Part shown: positions 10,777 through 18,928 of the stretch, one piece after another | Position numbering within the stretch: position 1 is the stretch's first letter | Layout of the letters: each line of letters opens with the position of its first letter | Assembly: GCA_046754105.1 (NCBI GenBank) | Contig: JBHHVD010000017.1 | Span: 1-41,421 of the forward strand | From: Candidatus Krumholzibacteriia bacterium | GTDB taxonomy: Bacteria; Krumholzibacteriota; Krumholzibacteriia; WVZY01 | Length of the DNA stretch: 41,421 bases | Direction: 5' to 3' | Notes under the pieces: generated by a model | Told to the model about the DNA's origin: nothing | Databases searched by the model: none | The model's input: the letters and a program-made list of their open reading frames with translations, nothing else | Program-made: the position numbers and the translations under genes

Positions 10777-11430
10777 TTGGCGGTTAAAATCAGGCTCAAG
10801 CGGATGGGATCCAAGAAGCGCCCTTTCTACCGCATTATCGCGACGGACTCACGCATGCCGCGTGACGGGCGTTTCATCGAGACCCTGGGCTACTACAATC
10901 CGATCCCGAACCCGGAGGTGGTCCACGTAGACGAGGACCTGATTTTCAAATGGTTCGAGCGCGGGGCCGTGCCGACAACGAGCACGGCGAGCATCCTCCG
11001 ACAGGCTGGATGCCTGCAGAAGTGGGAGCTGATGAAACAGGGCATCGGCGGAGACGCCCTGCAGACCCGTGTCGACGCCATCAAGGCCCAGCGACTCGCG
11101 GCCCGCGACCGCAGGGAGAAGCGCAAGCAGGGTGCGGTGTCGGCCAAAGCGGCGGCAAGGGCCAGGGCGGCGGCGGAGGCAGAGGGCGACGAGGCAAAGA
11201 CGACGGAAGCCGCGACACAGCCCAACGCCCCCGCGGAGACGAAGACCGAGGCTCCCGCGGAGGCGGCGCCCGAGGCTCCCGCGGAGACGAAGACCGAGGC
11301 TCCCGCGGAGGCGAAGACCGAGGCTCCCGCGGAGGCGGCGCCCGAGAAGACGCCGGCGGATACCGGTGGCGATGCCACGGACGAAGGCGGAGACCCGGAG
11401 CCCCCGGCAGATGAGCCCAAAGGTTCTTGA
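10777..11430 (+). CDS. rpsP: 30S ribosomal protein S16 with long Ala/Glu/Pro-rich C-terminal extension
   Basis: MAVKIRLKRMGSKKRPFYRI and RDGRFIETLGYYNP. TTG start with GGAGG SD. Confidence 0.97.
   Translation: MAVKIRLKRMGSKKRPFYRIIATDSRMPRDGRFIETLGYYNPIPNPEVVHVDEDLIFKWFERGAVPTTSTASILRQAGCLQKWELMKQGIGGDALQTRVDAIKAQRLAARDRREKRKQGAVSAKAAARARAAAEAEGDEAKTTEAATQPNAPAETKTEAPAEAAPEAPAETKTEAPAEAKTEAPAEAAPEKTPADTGGDATDEGGDPEPPADEPKGS
11227..11346 (+). repeat. Five 24-nt coding tandem repeats in the rpsP tail (APAE-TKT/AAP/AKT-E)
   Basis: Units GCYCCCGCGGAG + (ACGAAGACC, GCGGCGCCC or GCGAAGACC) + GAG, in frame. Confidence 0.92.
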
Positions 11431-11467
11431 GCAGCCCCGCACACCCCGCAAAGGCACAGGTTAGACA

Positions 11468-11722
11468 ATGGCCGAAGTTAACAAGGGGACCATCAAGGAA
11501 CTCATCGAGTTCGTGGCGACGTCCCTCGTCGATGAGCACAAAGGTGTGAAGGTCAAGGAGTCGAAGAAGGAAGACTATACGGTCATGGAACTGTCGGTAG
11601 GCACCGCCGACCTCGGCAAGGTGATCGGCAAGAACGGGCAAACCGCCCGGGCCATCCGGACGCTCGTAAACGCGGCCGCATCCAAGGCCGGCGAGAAAAT
11701 TATTTTTGAAATCAAGGAATGA
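11468..11722 (+). CDS. khpA: KH domain RNA-binding protein
   Basis: DLGKVIGKNGQTARAIRT (GxxG). Conserved position between rpsP and rimM. Confidence 0.93.
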   Translation: MAEVNKGTIKELIEFVATSLVDEHKGVKVKESKKEDYTVMELSVGTADLGKVIGKNGQTARAIRTLVNAAASKAGEKIIFEIKE

Positions 11723-12258
11723 GAGTGCCGGCAATGGGCGACATTTTTCTTGGCCGGATCGTAAAGGCGTTCGGTATCCGGGGTGAATTGAAGTTCCACC
11801 CGTCGGATGATTTCTGGGAAGACGTACTGGAGTCGCGGCGCCTGATGGTCCACTGGCCGGCGGCCGCAGGGGAAAAGAGCCAGCTCGTGATCGACCGTTC
11901 GCGGCCGCACGGCAACAACTACGTAGTGAAGATCAAGGGCATCGACGATCGCAACGCGGCAGAGGATCTCGTCGGCGGCACGGTTTTTATCGCGGAGAAC
12001 GACCTGGACGTCGACCCGCCCAAGAAACTGCTCCCGTTCCAGGTCGTCGGCATGACCGTAAAGGATGAGGAAGGCGAAGTACTGGGCGAAGTCGATTCGG
12101 TGATCTATTCATCCGCGCACGACGTCTACGAGGTGAAGGGGGCGAAGCGCAGTTTCATGGTGCCGGCCGTGCCTGAATTCGTCGTCTCGGTCGACGAGGC
12201 GGGTCGCGAGATGACCATCAGGCCGATACCCGGTCTCTTTGGAGACGAGCAGCGATGA
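11719..12258 (+). CDS. rimM: 16S rRNA processing protein RimM
   Basis: GRIVKAFGIRGELK, GIDDRNAAE and PRC-barrel C-terminus (MVPAVPEFV). Synteny. Confidence 0.95.
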   Translation: MRVPAMGDIFLGRIVKAFGIRGELKFHPSDDFWEDVLESRRLMVHWPAAAGEKSQLVIDRSRPHGNNYVVKIKGIDDRNAAEDLVGGTVFIAENDLDVDPPKKLLPFQVVGMTVKDEEGEVLGEVDSVIYSSAHDVYEVKGAKRSFMVPAVPEFVVSVDEAGREMTIRPIPGLFGDEQR

Positions 12259-12944
12259 AGATCAACGCCATCACGATATTTCCCGAGGCGATGGAGACCA
12301 TCCTGGAGATGGGGATGCTGGGTGTCGCGCGCAAGAAATCGCTGGTCGAGTATACGGTCGTAAACCCCCGGGACTTCACCGAGGATACCCACCGTACCGT
12401 TGACGACGAACCGTACGGAGGGGGCGGCGGTATGATATTGATGGCGCCTCCCCTGATCGAGGCGGCGGAGCGGCTCCGGTTGTCCGAGGGCAGCCCGGTA
12501 ATCCTGCTCAGCCCGGCGGGGCGGCGATTCGACCAGACCATGGCGAGACGGTTCGCCGTCGAGGAGGAAATCACGTTCATATGCGGCCGCTACAAGGGAG
12601 TGGACGAGCGCGTTCGTGACATGGTGGTTACCGACGAGGTGTCGATCGGGGATTTCGTGTTGAGCGGCGGCGAGCTGGCAGCGGGATGCTGCATCGAGGC
12701 GATTGTAAGGCTACGAGAGAACGTTTTGCAGAACGACGAGTCACGCGAAACGGACTCTTTCGAGCCCCGGCGCGGGCATCTACTGGACTGCGCCTACTAT
12801 ACGCGTCCGGTGGAGTATCGAGGCCATCGCGTGCCCGGAGTCTTGCTGTCCGGCAATCACAAGGAAATCGAGAACTGGAGGAGAGAATCCTCTTTGAGTC
12901 GTACCCGTCAAATGAGGCCGGATCTCTTAGAGGGAAAGAACTAA
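12255..12944 (+). CDS. trmD: tRNA (guanine37-N1)-methyltransferase
   Basis: [39 protein letters not shown] and VLLSGNH motifs. Confidence 0.98.
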   Translation: MKINAITIFPEAMETILEMGMLGVARKKSLVEYTVVNPRDFTEDTHRTVDDEPYGGGGGMILMAPPLIEAAERLRLSEGSPVILLSPAGRRFDQTMARRFAVEEEITFICGRYKGVDERVRDMVVTDEVSIGDFVLSGGELAAGCCIEAIVRLRENVLQNDESRETDSFEPRRGHLLDCAYYTRPVEYRGHRVPGVLLSGNHKEIENWRRESSLSRTRQMRPDLLEGKN

Positions 12945-12970
12945 TCATCCAAAAACCGGGAGGGCGCCAG

Positions 12971-13327
12971 GTGAACAGGCTGGACAAAATCGAAAAGAAA
13001 ATGTTGAAGGAAGAAGGCCACGATTTCGGCGTCGGCGATACGGTTCGGGTTCTGGTCCGAGTGGTCGAAGGCGACAAGGAGCGGGAGCAGGCGTTTCAGG
13101 GCGTGGTGTTGCAGCGACGCGGCGGCGGTGCCCGGGAAACGTTTACGGTGCGCAAGATAAGTTCCGGGATCGGCGTGGAACGTATTTTCCCCTTGCATTC
13201 CCCAAACATAAAATCCATAAAGGTTATGCGCAGAGGCAAAGTCCGTCGTGCAAAACTCTATTATCTGAGAGACCTTGTCGGAAAAGCGGCCCGCATCACG
13301 GAGAAAAGGACGCCGAGAGGCAAATAG
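12971..13327 (+). CDS. rplS: 50S ribosomal protein L19
   Basis: [39 protein letters not shown] and [14 protein letters not shown] 12971 with GGAGG SD. Confidence 0.98.
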   Translation: MNRLDKIEKKMLKEEGHDFGVGDTVRVLVRVVEGDKEREQAFQGVVLQRRGGGARETFTVRKISSGIGVERIFPLHSPNIKSIKVMRRGKVRRAKLYYLRDLVGKAARITEKRTPRGK

Positions 13328-13970
13328 GCCGGCGGAGCGTGAAGAGTTGTACCGGCGGTTGGAAGCGTTTGACCGGGAGCTCGTAGCAACAGCCGGGGCC
13401 CCACTGGCCGGAATCGACGAAGCCGGCAGGGGCGCGCTGGCGGGCCCGGTCGTTGCCGCAGCGGTCATCCTGCCACCGGGCTCGCGACTACTGGGCGTCA
13501 ACGATTCCAAGGCGCTGCGCGAGGACGAACGGGAAGGGCTGTTTCTGGAGATCGTTCGTACGGCGCGCGCCGTCGGCATCGCATTCAGCCAGCCCGTCAC
13601 CATCGACCGCAACAACATCCTGAACGCCACTTTGATGACGATGGCCCGGGCGTACCACAACCTTCATACGCAAGCGGCGGTGGTCCTGCTCGACGGCCGC
13701 GACCACATCGATATCCCGGGGCGCGTCGTGTCGGTGGTCGGGGGAGACGGCAAGAGCCTGTCGATCGCCGCTGCCTCCGTCGTGGCCAAGGTCGCCCGCG
13801 ATCGGGTGATGCGCCGGCTGCACAAGCGGCACCCCGCGTATAACTTCATTGTTAACAAGGGGTACGGCACTCGGGAGCACCTCGATGCTATACGCCGCCA
13901 CGGGATGACGCCGCTGCACCGCCGCAGTTATCGCGTAAACGCGGTTGAAAAAATGCCGAGTCTGTTTTAA
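13275..13970 (+). CDS. rnhB: Ribonuclease HII
   Basis: [39 protein letters not shown] and NKGYGT motifs. Start uncertain. Confidence 0.95.
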   Translation: MSEKRPASRRKGRREANRPAEREELYRRLEAFDRELVATAGAPLAGIDEAGRGALAGPVVAAAVILPPGSRLLGVNDSKALREDEREGLFLEIVRTARAVGIAFSQPVTIDRNNILNATLMTMARAYHNLHTQAAVVLLDGRDHIDIPGRVVSVVGGDGKSLSIAAASVVAKVARDRVMRRLHKRHPAYNFIVNKGYGTREHLDAIRRHGMTPLHRRSYRVNAVEKMPSLF

Positions 13971-14010
13971 TTGTCTATAGGGCCTGGTGAAGTGAGAGGG
14001 GCGGGATGAG

Positions 14011-14367
14011 GTGGCGAACACGAGGCAGGTAGGCGAATTGGGAGAGCGGATCGCGGAGTGGTTTTTACGCCTGAAGGGGTACGACATCCTCCGCCGCAAC
14101 TACCGGTTCGCCGGCCGCGAGATCGATCTGCTCGCGCGAAAGGGCCCACGCCTGATCGCCGTCGAAGTCAAGCTCCGGCGGGGGGGGCGGTACGGGGCGG
14201 CGGTGGAAGCGGTCGATCAACGCAAGCTGACGCGAATTCGAACCGCGCTCTGCGGCGCGGTTCGGGACGGTCACGAATCGCTGGAGCCGCAGATCGATGT
14301 GGTCGTGATCGACCTGCCCGAGGCGCTAGACGAGATGACGGTGCGGCACATCGAAGCCGTCTGTTGA
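14011..14367 (+). CDS. yraN: YraN/UPF0102 family nuclease-like protein
   Basis: GELGERIA, GYDILRRNYR, EIDLLA and VEVK motifs. Follows rnhB. Confidence 0.92.
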   Translation: MANTRQVGELGERIAEWFLRLKGYDILRRNYRFAGREIDLLARKGPRLIAVEVKLRRGGRYGAAVEAVDQRKLTRIRTALCGAVRDGHESLEPQIDVVVIDLPEALDEMTVRHIEAVC

Positions 14368-14417
14368 ACTGGACGATACCCCACACAAAAATAGCAGGCC
14401 TGGGAGGGAACGTCAGG

Positions 14418-15056
14418 ATGAAAAAGGTCCTAATCGCCATAGCGGCGCTGTCGCTGGCCGGCTCCGGGTGCTCGAAGCTCAAGGGTGTCAACGAGCTCTA
14501 CGACAAAGTTATTTCCCTGGATATCTTGCTCGAAGACCAGGAAATGCTGTTGAAGAAATACCAGGGCAGGAAGGCCTGGACCCGAACGACGCTCGAGGAC
14601 CTGACGGAGCGAGAGATCCCCGGCGAGCCGAAAAAACAGATCGTACTGAGGGACACCAAGGTCGAGATCGTGGACCTCAACTTCTCCTACAACGGTGCCG
14701 TTACGATCATGAACCCGAAGCGCAAGAAGATCGTGCACGGTTTGAAGATCGAGACTCCACTGTCGGTCGAGAAAATCGAAGCACGGCTCGCGGACCTGAT
14801 GTGGTTCAAATCACCGATGCTGCGACAGGTAGACTACATCCGCGCCTGGGGCAAGCGCGCCGCCCGCGCCGTCATCAATCACGAGATCTTTATCGGCATG
14901 CCCCTCGAGGCCGCCCTGGAATCGTGGGGAATCCCGACCGATATCCGCCGCAACGAGATCGGCGGCGAGATGGAGGAGCAGTGGGCGTACCGGCAGGCCA
15001 AACGGCCCAAGTACATCTACATCAGCAAGGGTATCGTCACCAAGTGGGAGGAATAG
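14418..15056 (+). CDS. Hypothetical lipoprotein with C-terminal SmpA/BamE-like motif
   Basis: MKKVLIAIAALSLAGSGC signal ending in Cys. C-terminal IFIGMP...SWGIP...EQWAY...YIYISKG pattern. GGGAGG SD. Confidence 0.7.
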   Translation: MKKVLIAIAALSLAGSGCSKLKGVNELYDKVISLDILLEDQEMLLKKYQGRKAWTRTTLEDLTEREIPGEPKKQIVLRDTKVEIVDLNFSYNGAVTIMNPKRKKIVHGLKIETPLSVEKIEARLADLMWFKSPMLRQVDYIRAWGKRAARAVINHEIFIGMPLEAALESWGIPTDIRRNEIGGEMEEQWAYRQAKRPKYIYISKGIVTKWEE

Positions 15057-15113
15057 GCCGGTTGGAAAAAATGCCGGCGCGTGGTATCCTTGCCGCCAAA
15101 GGGGGCAAGGACC

Positions 15114-18100
15114 ATGAAAGCATCGCCTGCGCTCGTCCTTCCGCTTCTCCTGGTTGTCCTCGCATCGCCCTCGCGAACCCACTCCGCCGAGGCCGTGCGG
15201 TCGGCAACATCCCAGAGTGTTGACCACCCGAAGTCCGCGCGGCGCAGCCGCACGAGACACAAAGCGCCCGATCTGCGCGGCGGAGGTTACCGGCTGCAAA
15301 TCAAATCGAACGCCGGAAACCGGCCCCCGAGTGGACCGGCGGCGGCGTCGGCCGCGGTCGACACGTTTGTACTCGCCCGTTTCGGATTCGATACGGGCGG
15401 CACCCCGGACCGGCAGGGATGGGTCCGGCAGGACATCACTTCCCAGGACACGTTTTTTCACGTAGATGACTTCGCGGGCCTCGCCGGCTACGCCCCCCTG
15501 GAGGGAAGCCGGTCGATGTGGTGCGGGGTCAGGCCCTCCACGTCGCCGAAGTTCTGCTCGTGGGCCACGCTGCCCGGGTACGGAAACGCGTGGAGCCAGT
15601 TTTTCGAATCGGTGCCGTTTCCCGTCCGGGGCGACGTCACGTTTTCGTACAAGGTGTTCTGGGACGCCGAGCCCTGCGAAGACGCGGGCCGGGCGGAGTA
15701 CTCGCTCGATGGCAGCGACTGGCTGCCGCTGCCCATCAGCGCCTTCTGCCAGGGCTACGACGGCGGGCCGTTCACGGCGGTCGAGAGCATGGTGATACCT
15801 ACGGCCGGCGCGGACAGCATTCGTTTGCGCTTCAATTTCTCCTCCGACGGGGCGTGGAGCGACCAGGACGGCCTGTGGCCGACGAACGGTGCCATCGCCG
15901 TCGACAGCATGACGGTGGCGGACACCACCGGTGTCGTGGACTTTCAGGACTTCGAACAGGAGCCGCTCGGCGCCTTCCGCACCAACGACGGCAACTGGCG
16001 GGCGCACGCGGGCGCGTTTTTCGGCCACTTCGCGGACCTGTTCCCGGGCACGGGCATTCTACAGGAGGCCTGTGGCTTCAATCGCAGCGCGGCGTGGGCG
16101 TTCTTCGACGGCTCGCCCGACGACTACGGGTGCGGAGGGCACCCGGAGCAGGCGGCGGTCCCGTTCAATCCCAACAAGGGGCAGCCGTGGCCGCTGGGGT
16201 TCCTCTACCTCAGCAACGAGATCTGGTCGCCGCCCATCGACTGGACGCGCGACACGAGCGGCGCGCCGATACCGGCGACGGCGACCAGCGCCTTTCTCGA
16301 CTTCGACGTCTACCGCGACCTGCCGCTGGACAACCTCATCTTTTACCAATGGCATATCCGCAGCATCGTGGCGGGTTGCCCGGAAACTCGGTGGAGTGAC
16401 GACAACACCGTCTTCTTCAGCACCAACGGCGGCATCGACTGGTTTCGGCACCGGGAGCAGGTGGGAGACGACGTACTTGCCGGCGCCGACGAAGTGCAGT
16501 TGGCACTCGGCGCGGCCGACATGTGCGGAGTGTGGTGCAACGTCTTCGGTACCGGCGTTTGCCACAGCCACGCACCGCTCTTCGACAACGTGCGCCTGGT
16601 GCGGGTCCACACAACCGGCCCCGTCTGGGGGGTGAGCACCGGCGACATCTTTCAGGATAATTTCTCGGCGGATGGATCGCGGACGGGAACGGTGCGAATC
16701 GATATCGCGCGGGATACGACGCCGACCGGTCCCGGCATCGTGCCGGGTGACCGTGCGGCGGTGACGGTGACGGCGCCGGTAGCGGGACTGGATTACCACC
16801 TCAGCGGGGATCCCACGAGCGGCCCGGCCGTCTATTGCCATGTCAAGGACCTCTCTCCCGGCAAGTCCGGACCGGCTATCTCCGGCGACCTCTCGTTGTG
16901 GCCGGTAGTGTCCGCCGGGACGGGGTGGACGGTGCTCCGCTTCGACAGCGTGCACTCGATGTCGGGCAGCGTCGTTCCGGACCGATACTGGGTGGACCTC
17001 AACGACAACCTGTTCACGCCGGGGGACACCATCTCCTATTACTTCACGGCAAGGGACGCGGGCGGCGACGTCACGGCGTGGAGTCATCTCACCCGCACGA
17101 CGGATGAAGGGGGCGCCATGGCGGTGCCGACGGAGGTCACCTGTCTGCCGGCCAACGCGGCAAACGGCGCCACGGACATTCTCTACATCGATGATTTCGA
17201 CAATCACGGAGCGCAGCCCTTTTTCGATACGGCATTCCGGATGCTCGGCATCACGCCGGATCGCTACGACGTGCTCGCCCCGTCATCGTTCCTGGGCAAC
17301 GGACCCGGCTCGCGCGTCGTTAACGTCACGGAGCAGCTTATCGGCAGCTACCGCAAGATCATCTGGAACTCCGGGTCGTTTACCGACGGGACACTGGGCG
17401 ATGGAACTGGGAATCCCGAAAAATCGGATGATCTTGGGATGCTGTTTGCGTTTCTGGACCAGCATCCCGACCGCCCCGGACTCTACATCTCGGGGGACGG
17501 TGTGGCGTCCGAGTGGTTCTCGCTCGCCGGCGCCAGCGCGCTGGCCCTACGAAGCACCTACATGGATTTCGGGCTGCTGGATGCGAGCCACGTTGCGGCG
17601 GGACAGCCCCTGGCGCCGATCGCCGTCGGGGCGGCGGGGTCGCCGTTCGACCATTTCGCCGGCCCCGACACGCTGATCGCCTACGGTGGCTGCCCGTCAC
17701 CACGGGCGTTCGACGTGCTTGGGGCAACCGCGACGGCGACCCCGGCCATGGCCTATTCGGGCAACCCGTCTCACCCCGCGATCGTGACCCAGGTGACGCC
17801 GAACGCCGCGGGTGATACGGCACGAGTGGCGCTCTCCGGCTTCAGCTACCACCAGATCCGGGATGACGACCCGCGGCCGCCGCTCGTGATGGACCGCGTG
17901 GAGCACCTGCGGGATATTCTGCTGTGGATGGAGAACGCCGTTCCCCTGCCGACGGGCGGGCCGGATGGGCCCGGTCTCGTGAACCGGCTGGCGCAGAACT
18001 ACCCCAACCCCTTCAACCCGGCGACGACGATCCGCTACTCGATCCGGGAGCCCGGGCACGTCCGCCTGCGGGTCTACAACGTGGCGGGGCAGCTGGTGCG

Positions 18101-18260
18101 CACCCTGGCCAACGAGCTGCAGACGCCCGTCGCCGGCGGGTTCGCCGTGACCTGGGACGGGAGGAACGAGGCGGGCAGCCCGGTGTCGAGCGGTATTTAC
18201 TTTTACAAACTCGTAGCACCCGGGTTCACCCGCACCCGGAAGATGGTTCTTCTCAAATGA
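15114..18260 (+). CDS. Large secreted Cys-rich protein with T9SS type A/FlgD-Ig-like C-terminal sorting domain
   Basis: Signal peptide MKASPALVLPLLLVVLASPS. C-terminal LAQNYPNPFNPATTIRY...VYNVAGQLVRTL...WDGRNEAG...SSGIYFYKL...RKMVLLK. Confidence 0.85.
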   Translation: MKASPALVLPLLLVVLASPSRTHSAEAVRSATSQSVDHPKSARRSRTRHKAPDLRGGGYRLQIKSNAGNRPPSGPAAASAAVDTFVLARFGFDTGGTPDRQGWVRQDITSQDTFFHVDDFAGLAGYAPLEGSRSMWCGVRPSTSPKFCSWATLPGYGNAWSQFFESVPFPVRGDVTFSYKVFWDAEPCEDAGRAEYSLDGSDWLPLPISAFCQGYDGGPFTAVESMVIPTAGADSIRLRFNFSSDGAWSDQDGLWPTNGAIAVDSMTVADTTGVVDFQDFEQEPLGAFRTNDGNWRAHAGAFFGHFADLFPGTGILQEACGFNRSAAWAFFDGSPDDYGCGGHPEQAAVPFNPNKGQPWPLGFLYLSNEIWSPPIDWTRDTSGAPIPATATSAFLDFDVYRDLPLDNLIFYQWHIRSIVAGCPETRWSDDNTVFFSTNGGIDWFRHREQVGDDVLAGADEVQLALGAADMCGVWCNVFGTGVCHSHAPLFDNVRLVRVHTTGPVWGVSTGDIFQDNFSADGSRTGTVRIDIARDTTPTGPGIVPGDRAAVTVTAPVAGLDYHLSGDPTSGPAVYCHVKDLSPGKSGPAISGDLSLWPVVSAGTGWTVLRFDSVHSMSGSVVPDRYWVDLNDNLFTPGDTISYYFTARDAGGDVTAWSHLTRTTDEGGAMAVPTEVTCLPANAANGATDILYIDDFDNHGAQPFFDTAFRMLGITPDRYDVLAPSSFLGNGPGSRVVNVTEQLIGSYRKIIWNSGSFTDGTLGDGTGNPEKSDDLGMLFAFLDQHPDRPGLYISGDGVASEWFSLAGASALALRSTYMDFGLLDASHVAAGQPLAPIAVGAAGSPFDHFAGPDTLIAYGGCPSPRAFDVLGATATATPAMAYSGNPSHPAIVTQVTPNAAGDTARVALSGFSYHQIRDDDPRPPLVMDRVEHLRDILLWMENAVPLPTGGPDGPGLVNRLAQNYPNPFNPATTIRYSIREPGHVRLRVYNVAGQLVRTLANELQTPVAGGFAVTWDGRNEAGSPVSSGIYFYKLVAPGFTRTRKMVLLK

Positions 18261-18333
18261 AATGATATGGAAGCGGCGCAACGCTGGAACCTCTCGAAAC
18301 CCCGCTCAACGTCACACCTCGAAAACCCCGTTC

Positions 18334-18363
18334 TTGCCATACGGACGCCTCATATGGTATCAT
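18334..18363 (+). promoter_or_regulatory. Putative sigma70 promoter for the 18412 gene
   Basis: TTGCCA-18 nt-TATCAT with extended TG, preceded by two imperfect direct repeats. Confidence 0.5.
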
Positions 18364-18411
18364 TGGGTATAACACTCAATTGGCCGCATCTATGAGAAGC
18401 AGCAAGGAGTA

Positions 18412-18810
18412 ATGGCCATGAGAAGCGCCATCCTACTGGGACTGGGACTGTTCGTCCTGGCCTCCACGAGTGCCCGCGCCGACCGCCTCGAGCGGGACGG
18501 AAGGGCGAAGTACCAGAGTGACCGCCTGGAGCGCTACGGGCGCCACTACCGCGGCCGGTCCTACACTGTCCGGGGCAAGAAGGGACGGAAGTACCTGCGC
18601 CGGTTTTCCCTGCGCGAGAACCTCACCGGCGACAAACTGCGGATTTACGACGAACACGGCTACACGCCGCACCGCCTGGGATTCAACGCCGCGGGAAGGC
18701 GCACAGAGCGTTGGAGATACCACAGTCTCGGCTTGGAATACCTCTTCGACGAGGAAAGCAACCTGATCGCCACGCGGCATTTCCCGCCGGTCGGCAATCA
18801 TATCGATTGA
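18412..18810 (+). CDS. Small secreted Arg-rich hypothetical protein
   Basis: AAGGAG SD, signal peptide ending SARA-D, own promoter. Confidence 0.75.
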   Translation: MAMRSAILLGLGLFVLASTSARADRLERDGRAKYQSDRLERYGRHYRGRSYTVRGKKGRKYLRRFSLRENLTGDKLRIYDEHGYTPHRLGFNAAGRRTERWRYHSLGLEYLFDEESNLIATRHFPPVGNHID

Positions 18811-18891
18811 ATTCCAGGTTCGGCATGTGAGAGCATGACCTCCTGAGTGCTCGAAGCAGGCCGATTTCGGACAGCATTAACCGAGGAATGG

Positions 18892-18919
18892 GATGAGGCT
18901 CTTGGCAAAGAGCCTCATC
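18892..18919. other. Perfect 12-bp inverted repeat (hairpin)
   Basis: GATGAGGCTCTT-GGCA-AAGAGCCTCATC followed by TAGTTTATT. Terminator-like or structural element. Confidence 0.75.
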
Positions 18920-18928
18920 TAGTTTATT

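Noticed and set aside
11227..11346. CRISPR-like repeat/spacer pattern
   Set aside because: The period is 24 nt, the 9-nt variable parts recur, the array is in frame within rpsP, and no cas genes are present.
16520..16575. c-type heme-binding motif in the 15114 protein
   Set aside because: The sequence is CGVWC...GVCHSH. The CxxCH spacing is absent.
18808..18928. Second TGA read-through after the 18412 gene
   Set aside because: Another TGA follows within 12 codons, there is no Cys-motif context, and the extension does not join the amidohydrolase frame.
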